Part shown: piece after piece, positions 43,250 through 58,268 of the stretch | How positions within the stretch are numbered: position 1 is the first letter of the stretch | How the letters are laid out: every line of letters begins with the position of its first letter | Assembly (NCBI GenBank): GCA_039096225.1 | Contig: JBBPEB010000003.1 | Span: 744,001 to 808,000 of the forward strand | Direction: 5' to 3' | Source: Blastocystis sp. Blastoise | Taxonomy: Eukaryota; Protista; Bigyra: Opalinata | DNA length: 64,000 nucleotides | Made by a program: the position numbers and the translations under genes | The notes under the pieces: model-generated | Databases searched by the model: none | Seen by the model: only the letters and a program-made list of their open reading frames with translations | Told to the model about the DNA's origin: nothing

Positions 43250-44509
43250 ATGGAATCTGTTGAAAGTACTTGGGTTTCTCTCATCCAACGTATCGAGTCA
43301 CTCGATAGTAAAGTTCGCTTAATTGAGAATAATGGATATAATGATGATCCTAAAGAAGATACTATTGTTCAAGCTAAAGTTCGTAAAGCTTGTATTGATG
43401 ATGGAATGAAATTGTATATGAATTTATGATTCTATATTAATATTTTTTTTTATAATAATAATAATAATAATAATTAGTTTTGTTTATAATAATTATTTTT
43501 TAAAAATATTTAGGTTTTATTTCCATCGTGCTCCCGCTGATTACTATAGTTGGAAACTTGAAGAAAGAGGGTATATAAATATTTATGTATATAAAAAAAG
43601 TATATCTAACACTATTTATATAGTGTATTTTTAGGGTGTAATATTCGTTGTTTATGTAAATCAGTGATTTTAGAAAATAAGGCTTGGGATGGACAAGTAG
43701 GAGATGATACCAATAGCCGGTATATATAGAATATTAATAAAGATTATTTGTTAAAGTTATCTTATCTATCAATAAATAATAATAATATTAATTCAGATTA
43801 TTTGTTTATTTATATATATATTATAGTTATTTTTATTGATCTATAAATAATATTATTAAAAATTATTTGTTTATCTATATATATTATAGTTATTTTATCT
43901 ATATATATATATATATAGTTATTATTTGTGTATTGTGCAATATATTTCTAAATTAGATACAGAATATCTTAGAACATTAGTTAAAGAATTAAGAAGCACC
44001 GATACACAATTATCAAAGAAAAAATTCAATTTCCAACTTGCAGATGAAAAGGTAATATTATATATATATATACATATATATATTTGTCAGAATCTCTTGA
44101 ATATTATTATTAATCAATATATATATATATATAGACTTCTTTTGATTTAAGTGGATTTGAACATAATGGCGTCACTCCTTGTGGAATGAAACAACGAATT
44201 CCTGTAATTATATATATATATATATATATATCGTATTGTTTCTATTTTATATAATATATAATTTTAATATCATATATATATATCTATCTTTTTGTTTCTT
44301 TTTTATTTTAATTATTATTTTATTTTTAATAATAAAATTATATATATATATATATAGTTTATTATTAGTAAGGCTATTACTGATATTCCAGAGAATGGAT
44401 GTTGGCTTGGCGGTGGTGAAATTGATCTTAAGCTCTGGGTGAATGTTCCTGAATTTATTAATATATATCATCCTTATATATTAGATTGTACACATCCTCG
44501 ACCTGAGTA

Positions 44510-44516
<7 letters not shown>
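43250..44516 (+). CDS. YbaK/ProX-like aminoacyl-tRNA deacylase domain protein
   Basis: ADYYSWKLEER, LCKSVILEN, YLCIVQY, KKKFNFQLA, LSGFEHNGVTPCGM, WLGGGEIDLKL. Stop TAA 44514-44516. Confidence 0.85.
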
Positions 44517-44552
<36 letters not shown>

Positions 44553-44841
44553 GAATTGTGGAATATTATAAAATGATATATAATATTTTTTAATTCTCTT
44601 TTTTGTTATAAAGTATTGTATTATATATATTTATTATTTTGTTACTTTTGATTCATTTATTATGTTTCACTTGTATTATTATTATATATGATGAAAATAG
44701 CTTATAAATAAAAGTAAAAACAAAAAACAAAAAAAAAAGTGTAACAATATATGTAAAAAATGAAAAATTAAGAAAAAGAAAAAAAATAAAGGTAATGAAC
44801 AGATTACATAACAATAAAAAGAAAAGAGAAATATGTAGAAA

Positions 44842-46874
44842 TTATTTTTTAGATTTTCGTCTTTCAATATTTAAAAAAGTTTGAACTAATTTCCACTTTG
44901 GAGAAGGATGTGATTTATCACATTCAGAATTATACTATAATAAATATATATATTATTTATATCATAAAAGTTAAACAAGTCAAATTATATAAACATATTA
45001 TATATAAATAAAAATAAACATATATATACATATATAGTAAAATTTCGTAGTCTATCAATCATATCTGTTTTACTTAATCCTTTTTCATATATATTATATT
45101 CATTTAATTTCTTTTTTAAATCATTTAATGATAATAATGACCATATTAGCGTTGGTAATTTCTTATATTTCTATATATATATAATTATGTTAATAATATA
45201 TGAATATATATATATAGAAATAATCATTGATTTAAGAAAAAATATAAGTAAATTCTATTATTAAAAGCATATATATATATACTTTATCTTCTGAAGAGAA
45301 TCCTTTAAACGTATTTTTCTCTTTTTGAGAAATACATCGATTTGCATGTCTCTTTATAGTGAATATTAGTAATAATAAACATAATAAACATAATAAATAG
45401 AATAATAAATAGAATAATAATAATAAACATAATAAATAGAATAATAATAAATATATATATATACTTCGATTTTAGTATCTGGGTAATATTTCCCACAAAT
45501 AGGGCATTGACAGCCTACTTCGTCATCACTCTCCGTCATACTGTCACATGATTCATTTTCTATATTATCATCATTATCATCAGAGGAAGTATTTATTAAT
45601 GATATTGTAGTATCTTGAAGTATATTAGTTACAGTAGTAGTATTAACATTATTTGATGATATTATAGTATTATTATCGACAACAATATCTTTATTATTAT
45701 CCATAACAATACCTTTATTATTATCCATAACAATACCTTTATTATTACCAATAACAATATCTTTATTATTACCAATAACAATATCTTTATTATTATCAAT
45801 ACTATTATCAATTGGAGATTTTAATGATTTTATTTTCTGTTTTATAACAACAGGAGATTGTTTTTTTGGTTTATGAATCAATTGAGGTGAATTCTTATTT
45901 GATATATTAATTTGTAAGGGAACAAAATCACTATCGGAATTATCGCTATTAGAAACATCTTTTGAAGATCCTTAATATAAAAAGGAGTAACAAATAATAA
46001 TAATAGTAACAATAAGAATAAAAAAATAATATTATTATACTAATAAAAACTATAAAATAATCAGTATTCATAATATTTATCAATCAAGTAAATTATAAAA
46101 CACAATGAATCTATATATATATATATACTCGAATAATGAGAAGATTTTGAAGAATGAGAATTCTCAGAAAGTGATTGTATATTAGTTTTTTCTTGATTCT
46201 CTTTTTGACTTAAAATGATATGAATTGCAGTAGAATCTAAAGAATTCTCAGAAGTATTTGTTTTTATTATAGTATCTTCTTTTGATCTAAAAATAATTAT
46301 AATATATAATGGACAAATAATAAAAAAAATTTATATATATACTTTATGGAATCTACAGATATATCTTCATTCACTTCCTTTTTCTATAGAACAAGATCAT
46401 TTAGTATATATAAGCTAAATAAAAAAAAAATCTATTCATTACTTGCCGTTTATTTAGATAATCAGATTCTGCATTTGAGGTCATGTCTATGGGTGATTGC
46501 TTTGATTCTAGTATCTTCCTTTTTCTATGCAGTCTCTTAGATATCTTATTTGCTAGAATAAGCATTGACGACCGATTTGTTTTGAAAGAATGACAAATCT
46601 CTTCTAATAATATATTTCTGAGAATATTGCCTTCATTACATGATACTCTACATATTGGACATTTCGACTGTGTAGATAAAAATCGCTTAATACATAAAGA
46701 ACAACATGAATGACCACACGTAGTTAAGACAACAGCACCGTCGATAATATTTTTACAGATAGGACACCTAAGTAACTTTTCTAATTCTGATAACGACTGA
46801 GCTTCTGAAGGCCAATCGTTTTCTGTGTCAATCTCTTCTAACAATTCATTCCAATAAGTAGTATCCTGATTCAT
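44842..46874 (-). CDS. RAD18: E3 ubiquitin ligase RAD18 (RING, UBZ4, SAP)
   Basis: RING LRCPICK...CGHSCCSLCIKRFL...CPIC, UBZ CPICGK...RHANRC, and SAP-region KLPTLIWSLLSLNDLKKKL...YNSECD. Confidence 0.88.
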
Positions 46875-47359
46875 ATATCTCTGAGTACGAAAAAAAATAT
46901 AGTTTCTATGAATATAAACTCAAAATAAATTACAAAAAAATAAAATAAAAAATGTAAAAAATGGCGGGTCAATAGAATCATTTAAAAAATGTTGTTAGAA
47001 ATGGTTTTATCTAAATAGATATTATTCGTTTTATATTTTATAAAGTTGATGCATTAAAGAAATCATTGAAGAGTGAGTCAATATTAAAAATAGATAAATA
47101 ATGTCGTAATCTATTATATAGGAGAGTTTAAGTATAATTTATGCCATAGATATAACAATTGAATAAATAAGGAAAGAAACTAAACATATATATATAGATA
47201 AATAGCCAGAAAAAGTTAAAAAAAATAAAGTTTAATAATGAATAGTAGAAAGTGTACAATAAATAAAATTAACAAGACTATAAAAAAATAATTAATTAAT
47301 TATATATATATAAAATAGATCTAAAAAACTAACATACAAATATATATATATTTTTGTTT

Positions 47360-47815
47360 TTAATTCATCATAGAGAATTGTTGAGTTAAAATTTCTTTTC
47401 CTTCTTCAGAGAAATCTGTTCTAAAGCGAACTAATGTATATATACCATTCTTTACTAATTTTGAACCTATTATTTCGGCAATAGTAGTAAAACCCTCTTG
47501 TGTTACTTTTCCATCTTCAACTAAAACAACTATATATATATATAATTTATTTATTTATTTATTCTTGAAATATAAATATTCTTATTAAAAGATAAATAAT
47601 AATAATAATAATAATATATTTATATATATACATTCAGGATATTTAAAGAATATTTCTAAATTACGTAAAGGAGCTAATAATTGAGCAACACCTTCTTCGA
47701 TTCTAAATTCACGACTTACATATTTCATTGCACTTAAGAAATCAGGATTTGTAAAATAACCCATTATTTCCTATATTAATATATATATATAGGGAATTGA
47801 ACAAGTTTTTAATGA

Positions 47816-47870
<55 letters not shown>

Positions 47871-48477
47871 AAATAAAATATAAATAAAAATAAATATATA
47901 AATAAACATAAATATATAAATAAAAATAAATATATAAATAAAAATAAAATATATAAATAAAAATAAAATATATAAATAAAAATAAATATATAAATTTAAT
48001 AAATAAATAAATATATAATATACATCATAATCTCTACGTATTCTGGATCCCATCATAATAGGCTCTTCAGGTACCCACGAGGCAATAGACATCTTCTCAA
48101 AATAATCACTAATCTATATAGAATACATATAAGTATAATAAGTATAATTATAATATAACTATAACAATATAGTAGTAATAAACATAATAAAAATAATAAT
48201 AATAATATAATAATATAAAAACAAATATAAATGAATAGTTACTATAAAAAAATGAATAAAAAATATAAATAAAAAACAATATAAATTACTTATACTATAT
48301 ATATACAGTTAATTCTAAACAAGTTTTAATAACATGGCCATAGAATAATTTACTATTAATCCATTTCTTTAAATCTTCAAAATAATCTTCATAAGTAGAT
48401 AATACAGTTAACATAGCAGAACTGTCTTCTTCTTCTAACCAATCATCTGAGAATAACGCAGTTTCCATGATCTATAT

Positions 48478-48533
<56 letters not shown>

Positions 48534-49781
48534 CCTTAGATTCTTTGATATCATTGAATATATTCTTAGCAATAGTAATAGCCATTGTTGTACATAAATC
48601 AATATATCTTTCAGATTGTTTACCAATATATTCTTTTAATTCATTTAAAGAATCAGAATCGAAATTCTCTTCTAAGAAATCTATATATATATATAGTAAG
48701 AGAGTTGATTATGAATGTAATTTTGTATTTATGATAAATAGAATATAATAATAATATAAAATAATAATAATAAGATAAACAATAGCAATAATAATAATAT
48801 AAATAAAATAATAATAATATAATAAATACCAGGAATTCCTTCAATAAGATCTGCTAATCTCTTTGTATTATTTATATAACAAGCTAATTCTTCTGCTTCT
48901 AATAATTCTGGTTGTTGAGTCACTTTTGTATATACATAATCATAATAAGTAGATAAAGTATCAACACAAACTTTAATACATAAATATAATGTTTTATCTT
49001 TAAGATGATCTGTAGCTACTTGCATTTGCATTTTAACTAAGTTATAGATATCTTCAGGTAAAGCAGTAGCGTAATATCCTGTATCTGTTAAGAATGGCTT
49101 ATCATTACGATCTATTAATCTTTGGATCCATTCACTTAACTTTGACTATATATATATATAAATAATAATAAATAAATAGACAAAAAAAAATAATAAATAA
49201 TAAATAAATAATAAATAATAATAAATAATAAATAATAAATAATAAATAATAATAATAATAAATATAATAATAAATAATAATAAATAATAAATAATATTAT
49301 ATAAACAATAACTTCTATATACTTTAACAACATCAGTAAATTTACCCATAAGTCTTCCTTTAGCACCATAAAATTCATCAATTTCTTTACAACCCCATTG
49401 TACTATTTCATCATTATAACTTTCTAACCATTCTATTAAAGATAAAATCTCACTGGGTTCTAAATTAGCATTATTATATATTGATTCTAACTATATATAT
49501 AGAGAAATATATATATATGTAGCATATATTAAATAAATAAAGATATTAAATAAATAAATATATTAAACAATAAAGATATTAAATAAATAAATATATTAAA
49601 TAATAAATCTAATAATATACTTGTGTTTGACTAACAAGAGCATATTCATGAACAAAGAAATTAAGTATATTATAATGAGGTGGAAAACATGGAACAACTT
49701 TCGTTTTTACTACTTCTAAATCACTTAATAATTGCATACCTATTTTTAATTTTTCAGTTAATTTTTCACCTTTCTATATAG

Positions 49782-49813
<32 letters not shown>

Positions 49814-51427
49814 TAATAATAATAACATTTTTATTACAGAATATATATATAAGTAACTTTATATAATGAATAAAATAATATTATATATATATATATATAT
49901 ACATTATAGGCACCATTACATCTTCTATTAATAGCTAGACGAAGTCTATCAAAACATTCTTCTTTATAATCCTTATATTCGATCATCCAAGCTTGATAAG
50001 GTAACTTACGGTTACGATTCTATATATAACAAATATATAAATAATAATAAATATAATAAATATAATAAATATAATAAATATAATAAATATAATAAATAAA
50101 ATAAATAAAATAAATATAATAAATAAAATAAATAAATAAAATAAATAATAAATAAATAAAATAAATAAATAAAATAAAAATATACTTCAATAGCTTTATT
50201 TCTACGTATATCAGCTCGTTCAATAATAACAAGTGCACGAACTAAAGATGCAGGATCAAATTGAGACATTTCAATACATCTATTTATATGTTCCCATAGT
50301 TTATCATGTATCTCATTTCCTAATTGATCAATTAAATCAAAATATACACTAAACACATGTCTAGCATTATTCTATATATATAATAATAATAATAAAAATA
50401 ATAAACATAATAATAATAAAATATAATAATAAACATAATAATAATAAAAAAAATAAATATAATAAACATAATAATAATAAAAAAAAATAATAAACATAAT
50501 AATAAAAAAAATAATAATATACTTTTAATTGTTCTGAAGAAATTGAAAAGATCTTTTCTTGCATATGGCATTTCCAAGTGAAATATTGTATCCAAGCATC
50601 ATATACAACACGTAATGATCTATATATATATTAATAATAATAAACATAATAATAATAATAATAATAATAAAATAATAATAATAATAATAAACATAATAAT
50701 AATAAAAAATAAATAAATATAATAATAATAAAAAAAATAATAAATATTATAATACTTATAATTATCTTGAAGTTTTTCATGTAATAAGTTGATTGATGTC
50801 GTCATTTTAGAAAGAAATGAAAGTTGAGAAGAAATAGAATTATAATTATCTTGAGCAAGATTAATTTGATTAATTACATCATTACTATTGTTTAATAATA
50901 AGTATAATAATAAATAGAATAAAAATAAAAATAAAAAAATAAATATAAAAAATACTCTTGTAAAGTTAATAAAGTTTGTTCACAATTTTGTTTCATTTTA
51001 TTAAATCTATTTTGTAATTCTATTGTTTCTGCTTGAGTTTGACCAATTATCTATTTATAAAATAAATTATTTATGAAAACAAAAATAAAATATATAGATA
51101 TATAAATAATAAACATTGCAAAATATTAAATAAATAATATATACATTCATTGCAGTAGTTAATTCATCTAAATAAGTTTGAACATTTCCATGTAATTGAG
51201 TTTGAGTGGTAAGAAGTTCTTGCTCAAGTGCTAGAAACAGATAACAATTAATATTAAATATATAATAAATAATGAATAAAGAAAAATAGATTAGAAATCA
51301 TACATGTTTTAGCAGCTTCAAGTGAATCTAATTGTATTTCTTGATCAAGCATTTGTCTTGCTTCATCTTGAGCATTTTGATGAGCCTGAACAGCTAATTC
51401 AGTATATCTAGGTACATCTGAAGTCAT
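47360..51427 (-). CDS. SEC6: Exocyst complex component Sec6/EXOC3
   Basis: N-terminal coiled coil, DPASLVRALVIIERAD, DLEVVKTKVVPCFPPHYNILNFF, ACYINN, TVLSTYEDYFEDLKKW. Multi-exon, ATG 51427, TAA 47360-47362. Confidence 0.88.
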
Positions 51428-52003
51428 TTTGATCTAGAATTTATATTTAAAAATAGATGGATTCTAGCAATATAATAAAATATACATCAATCTCAACTAA
51501 TTATAATAAATATAATAATTTGTTGTTAATGAATCAACTTGAATTAAAATATCAAAACAATCTTTTAGATACTTTAGGCTAAAAGCCGAGTGTCTGGGAG
51601 ACATTTTAAGAAAACACATTTTGTATTATTTTCGAATATTCACGGTTTTTCAACAAATGATTCTTATGGAAATAATTCTTGGATATTTCAAAAATTCTGG
51701 AGAGAATATAGATAGATTCCACGGTTAATCGGTTGGATAGGGCACTTAACTGGTTCACCCAATACGTTGAATATTCATCTACATAATCAATACATAATAA
51801 GTTAATAGAAAGTCTATGAATAAAATATGAAAAAATATTCTGTCGTGAAGAAATTCTCCAGTAATTGCATTTTTCTATTTTAGTTCACCAATGTTTTTGT
51901 TAGAGGTAATTCCCTTGAAAACAAGATGAATGAACACGGTTTTCTTCTTTTCATTCTAAAAGTAAATTTCAATTATTTCTTCTGATACCCTAACACTCCA
52001 ACA

Positions 52004-52761
52004 ATGCTTGTATATCACGATATCTTTGGTAAATGCGAATTAGTCTCTGATTCCTTCCCCTCCACTGAAGACGATCTCTTATTAAACGTTGAAGCTAAGC
52101 TCGTCGAAAAGGAAGATTGTGAAGATGATGCCGTTCCTGAACAAATCCTCGATGTTGTTCAAAACCATAAGTATGTCCATTTATAATTTTTTTTTTTCAT
52201 AATTATAATAATTTATTTACTAAACTTTTTAAACTATCTATACTACTTTATAATCTTCAACAATTCGGTGGTGATGTTCCTCTTGATAAGAAGACCTTCA
52301 CTTCCCTCATGAAGAAGTATGTCAAACAAGTTCGTGGATATCTTAAGGAAAATAATCCTGAACGTGAAAAAGCCTTCGTTGAAGGAATGAACAACTACAT
52401 TGCTGCTGTTCTTAAGGCCTTCAAGGAATATGATTTCTATCACGGAACTGTTGATTATGATGCCATTGAAGACATATATTGTTTTATTCTATATATTTAT
52501 AAATATTATTTTATTTTATATATATATATTATTTTAAATATAAAGTTATTCTACTAAACATAATATATATAATATATATATATATATATAATTATATATG
52601 AAGACGATCTTGCTGAACAAAAGGAAAAGGCTACTGCTGAAGGTAAGGATCCTGCTACCATCACTCATCCTCAAGAAATGATTGTTATCTGCTCTTATGA
52701 AGATGGTGTTAAGCCCATTTTCCATTTCTTCAAGGATGGTATGATTGCTGAAAAGTATTAA
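52004..52761 (+). CDS. TCTP: Translationally controlled tumour protein (TCTP)
   Basis: MLVYHDIFGKCELVSDSFP, DVVQNH-LQ, DKKTF...MKKYVK, LKENNPER...F, YEDGVKPIFHFFKDGMIAEKY*. Two introns. Confidence 0.92.
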
Positions 52762-52948
52762 GCGATTTTTTTATTGTTTTTATTTTTTATGTAAACAACC
52801 TTCTGTTAGACACACTTCTATTTTATTTGTTTTGTTTTCTAATTCGAATACAACTAAACAATATTTTATATAAAGAAAACATATAACAAAACTTAAATGA
52901 ATACATAGAAATACATTTATATTTTCTTAATGATAAGAATGATCGAAT

Positions 52949-55900
52949 TTATTGATTTCTTGGTTTGTATTGATTATTTTTGTTATATTTTTGATATCCA
53001 AATCCTCCTTTAAAGAAGAAATCAGGTCTCATGGAATTATTATTATGAACATTAAACTTTCTGATATTTGTTTTCTTTCCTGTAGTAAATCCCATATTTT
53101 TATTATCATCTTTATATCCATTTTCATTAAAAGCAACATCTTGTATCTTTTCATTAGCTTCATTAAGATCATTAATCTTCTTCATAAAGTTCATCGATAA
53201 TGTTTCAAGTCTTGTAGGAGCATTAGAATAGAATATAATAGCATCTTTTGTTTGATCCCAAGCAGCTTCAATTATATTCTGAATAATAAGGGTACTCACT
53301 TCACTATATATATTAAGTGATAAAAAATAATATTATATATTTTTATGTAATAAGTAATAATATAATAATAATATAATAATAATAATACATATATACGTAT
53401 AAATAATATCTGAAGGTAATTCAAACATATCTGCTAATACTTGTCTAGTAAATGAAGAATAACATATACTACTATTACTTAAGAATACACGTAAAGCTAA
53501 TATTTTAATCTTATTATCTAACATTTCTAATGTCTTATTTCTATATTCTTCAATCCATAAATTCCAACTTGTTATTTGATGTATATAAAATATAGCATTT
53601 TTCCAATTACCAGACTATTTATATATTATTAATTATATTTTATTTAATTAATTTTAATAATATTAAATAATTAAAAATAGACTAAAAGGAAATAATAATA
53701 AATAATAATAAAAATAATAATAAAAATAATAATAAAAATAATAATAAAAATAATAATAAAAATAATAATAAAAATAATAATAAATAATAATAATAAATAA
53801 TAATAATAATAATAATAAAAATAATAATAAAAATAATAATAAATAATATATGTATATATACAATAATTTCTTTAGCAGCAGCAACAATACGAGTATTATT
53901 CATCTCAGGAGTACCATCGAAAAGAGATCTACTTTGACGATCAAACATCTTACGGAAATAACCAAAACGATAGGTAGTAGATATAGTATCATTAGCAATA
54001 GAAGGTAATTCTAAGAACATGCAAGAAATTAAATGACATGTTTCAATTAAATCAATATCAATATGCTATATATTATATAATAATAAACATAATATTAATA
54101 ATAATATTAATAATAATAATAAACATAATATATATACCATATGATAAGGAAGTTTTCTTCTTTCTTCATCACGTTTCTTTTCTTCATCAATTTGTTTGTT
54201 CATGTCTCTATTAATTTCTGTTCCTTGAGCAAGTAATACACGTATAGATGAACCTTGCTTCATATTCATAGTAAATAATTCACCTAAACAATTCTTAGCT
54301 ATTTGCATATCACCTAGACGGAAAGCACATAAACCTAATTGAGTCATAGCACGATTAAATAATACCTATATAATAAACATAATAATAATAATAATAATAA
54401 TATAATATATATATATAAATACAGATGTTTGAATATCCATAGCAGCAGTATTATCTTGTAATTTACTCATAAGAAGAAGATCTCTAGCTTCATTAAAATG
54501 ATTATGTATAGATAAATGATATATTTGACAAAGAATAGCTTGTTTCTTTTCAACTTCTTTACCATTCTTATAAATAAAAGTACATAAATTATTGATTATA
54601 GTAGTTAATTCTACTTTAGGAATAGTAAATGAAGAATAAGTAGTAGATACAGCAGCAGGATTGACAACAGTAGGATCAATTACAGTTACTATATATATAT
54701 AATAAATATATATATATATATTTATATATATATATATATACAAGTAGTAGGTGTACCAAGACAAGCAGGATGAATACATGATACATTACCTAATACTATA
54801 TTCTTATAATCATTTTCATAAATCTTTTGATACATATATTCAGGTTGATAGAAAATATATTGTAAATGTAATAAAGCCATAGCAGTAGCTCCTTCAAACA
54901 TTTTCTTGGATTCATAATATTGTTGTAATTTAGTACATAAATGAAGAATCTTTACTTCATCACGTAAGCGAGACACATAACCACTATATATAGTCATATA
55001 TATTATAATTACATATAATAAACATAATAAATTATATATATATATAATAATAATAATAATATACCTAGTATGAACATCAAGTTCACGAAGTGCAATCATA
55101 TAATTATCAGCTAATCTTAAAACAAAGTTATATATATTACATTCAGCAAAAACAACATTAGCATTCTTTGTCATAATGTCAACATCTTCAATAGCTTTTT
55201 CTTCTATTGTCATTGCTAATTGTTCATGGAAACGAAGTGGATATAATACTAAATTCTTATTAGCTGTAAGTATATCAATAAGTTTAGATATATTATAATA
55301 ACATGTATTCCATAAAGTAGGAGAAAGAGGATGATAAGGACTTGAAGGATAATCAAAAATAGAAGCAATAAGTTGAGTTAAAACTCTAATTTCATATTTA
55401 GGACCAAATTGTTTAGCAATAATAGAATATTTAGTAAGATTAAGAATAACAGACATACGATCATTCGCTATAGTTATTATTCATTATGAATAGTATAATC
55501 AATAATAATAAATAAGGATAATAAATAAATAAAAATAATAATAAATAAAAATAAATAAAGATAATAATAAATAAAACAAATATAATAATAAATAATAATA
55601 AAACTAATTTATAAAAATAAATACAATAATAAATACAATAATATAAAAAAAATACCTTTATTATGTCTTACACCAACAAAAGGAATAATTTTTTGTAATA
55701 ATTCTACAGGTGTATTAATAACTTCTTCTTCTTCTTTCTTTACTTCAACTTTAGTAATAACTTCTTTCTTAACTTCTTGTTTTTCATGTGTTTTTGGTTT
55801 TGCTTCTTTTTTCTTTCCTTTTTCTGCTTTTAATTGTTCTTTACGTATATCTTCAGGTGTTAATACCCATTTAGCTCTACCAGTTTTCTTAGGTTTACCT

Positions 55901-56260
55901 TCTTGTTCACTTTCACTTTCACTTTCACTAGAAGATGATGATGATGATGTGAAATCACTATCACTATCATATTCAGATGATGAAGTAGTAGTAGAAGAAG
56001 CAGAAGATTCACTTTCAGAATTAGATTCACTTTCACTTTCAGATTCAGAATTAGAATTACTATCTGAATTAGATTCAGATTCACTTTCGGAATTAGATTC
56101 ACTTTCAGAATTAGATTCAGATTCACTTTCAGAATTAGATTCACTTTCAGATTCAGATTCAGATTCAGAATTTGAATTAGATTCATCATCACTATCATCA
56201 CTATTATTATCACTATCTGAATTATCACTACCACTTTCAGATTCCTATAATTATATATTC

Positions 56261-56340
<80 letters not shown>

Positions 56341-56355
56341 CATAATAATAAACAT

Positions 56356-56440
<85 letters not shown>

Positions 56441-56978
56441 TTTCAGATTCAGATTCAGCAGGAGGATTAGCCTTGAAATTATCCATTTGAGTACGTAATA
56501 TATCACTTATACCCTTCTTCATATTTTGTTTTAATTTATTATAAGCCATAGCAACAGGTTTTTTCATCGATTTAAGATCATTTCTAGAAACACCATTAGT
56601 AGCATCTTCAACAAAACATGCAATACGAAGGAATATAGTAGGATAATTTTTATTACTGAAATATTGTTCAAATTTATCATCCATTTGTTTCTTTACAGAG
56701 TCATAAGCATTAGCAACATTAGGCCAATCATTAATTTTTTCATAGTTTTTAATCTTAGTAAAAGCATCACTTAAATCTTCAAGGAATTTAACTTTAGGAT
56801 GCTTGACGACTCTCTTTTCTTCTTCCTCTTCTTCAGAATCAGATTCATACACGTATTTAGACTTAGTAGCCATCTTAGGTTGTTCAACTTCAGATTCGGA
56901 ACTAGTACTAGTTTCAGAATCTAAGTCAGACTCAGAACTATCAGAAACCCAAAATCTTCCAGCAAATTTATTAGACAT
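52949..56978 (-). CDS. eIF3c: Eukaryotic translation initiation factor 3 subunit C
   Basis: FWVSDSSES, EEEKRVVK, KINDW, AYNKLKQ, LCQIYHLS...EARDLLLMSKLQD, FNRAMTQLGLCAFRLG, LLAQG, RRKLPYHMHIDIDLIE, GTPE, and a PCI-domain C-terminus. Confidence 0.95.
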
Positions 56979-57500
56979 ATTATTAATTCAAGAAGAAAAT
57001 ATGGAGATAAATAATAAAAAGTTTAATAATCAAAAAAATGAATGATAATCATTTTGTTGAAATCAAGTCAAATAATCCTGAAATTATGTAGAAAAACACT
57101 GTCGAAAATATTTCTTATATTTTTTCATATTTATATATTTTCTTTTATATTTCAATGAATACTCATTATAATACTCTTTTACATTTTTTATTTAGGTATT
57201 CATTATGTACTCAATATTAATATTAATATATTAATTTAAATTAAAGTGTGATTTTCAATTTTTTTACTTTAGAAAAGCATATAACAAATATAATGATATG
57301 AGAAAACATATAAAATAATATAATAAATAACCTTATAATACTTTAAAGAGAAATAAAACAAAATAAAGTAGTAATGACTAAATACCCTATTAAATAGTTA
57401 CCAAAAAACCGAAAAAAAGAAAAATTAATATAAACAAAAAGAAGAAAACTGAAAATAAATAAAAAGAGGAAAAGTATAAAATAAATACTCTATATGTATA

Positions 57501-58268
57501 TTATGAAGATGGAGTATTATTTTTAGATTTTAATTTCTCTTCTAGTTCATTTAATCGATCATTTTGATGGAGAATAATTTGTTCCATCTTCCTCATTGTA
57601 TCTAATATAGATAAAGCTCGATCTGCATCATAACCAAAAATAGCTACATTAGGATCTATTTATTAAGTGTAAAATAATGATGTAAAGTAATATATATATA
57701 TTAAAACTAAAATAATGATGAAAATTGAAATAAAAATATTTATATATACATGGTTTTAAGGGAACATCATCACGAGTTGTAATCGGTGCAGAGCCTAAAA
57801 CATAGGCATCAACAGTGTCGATAGAAAAAGAAAATAAGTCACGATGTTGATCTAATTGACGACTTGTAGTCAAATACATCTTTCCAATAACCGATTTACA
57901 CTATAAGTTAAATAATATAATAACATTTTAAATAGAAAAAAAATTAAAATTAACATAAAAACAATAAAACAATTGATAAAATACACTTTCACATTGAAGA
58001 GAATTGAATGTACTTCCTCGATCTGGACCTGAAGCTGAAGTCTGCAATTCTTCAGAAATTGTGACATGTATAACACCTAAAGAATAAAAAGAAAAAAGTG
58101 ATAGTAGCGATTCTTTATTGAAATGGAATTACAATCAAAAGGTTTTATACTTTTTAAAGTGATCATATTCAGCTGTTGGTCTGTGCAAGTTAAAGAAAAG
58201 GAATCACCAAGTATAACATGACATTTTTTACATTGAAAAACAATAGGACCTGATATTTCTTCTGTCAT
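57501..58268 (-). CDS. MIS18: Mis18 (Yippee/Mis18 domain + C-terminal helix), centromere licensing factor
   Basis: PIVFQCKKCHVILGDS...STFNSLQCESCKSVIGKMYLTTSRQLDQHRDLFSFSIDTVDAYVLGS, followed by a coiled coil. Four exons. Confidence 0.85.

Noticed and set aside
52474-52605. AT-AC (U12-like) intron or TGAAGAC-flanked insertion in TCTP intron 2
   Set aside because: An in-phase GT-AG solution exists (52481-52603), and the 5' end lacks the U12 ATATCCTT consensus. Not excluded without cDNA.
55949-56470. Plus-strand 173-aa Ser/Asp/Leu ORF
   Set aside because: It is the antisense shadow of the acidic Ser/Glu-rich exon of eIF3c.
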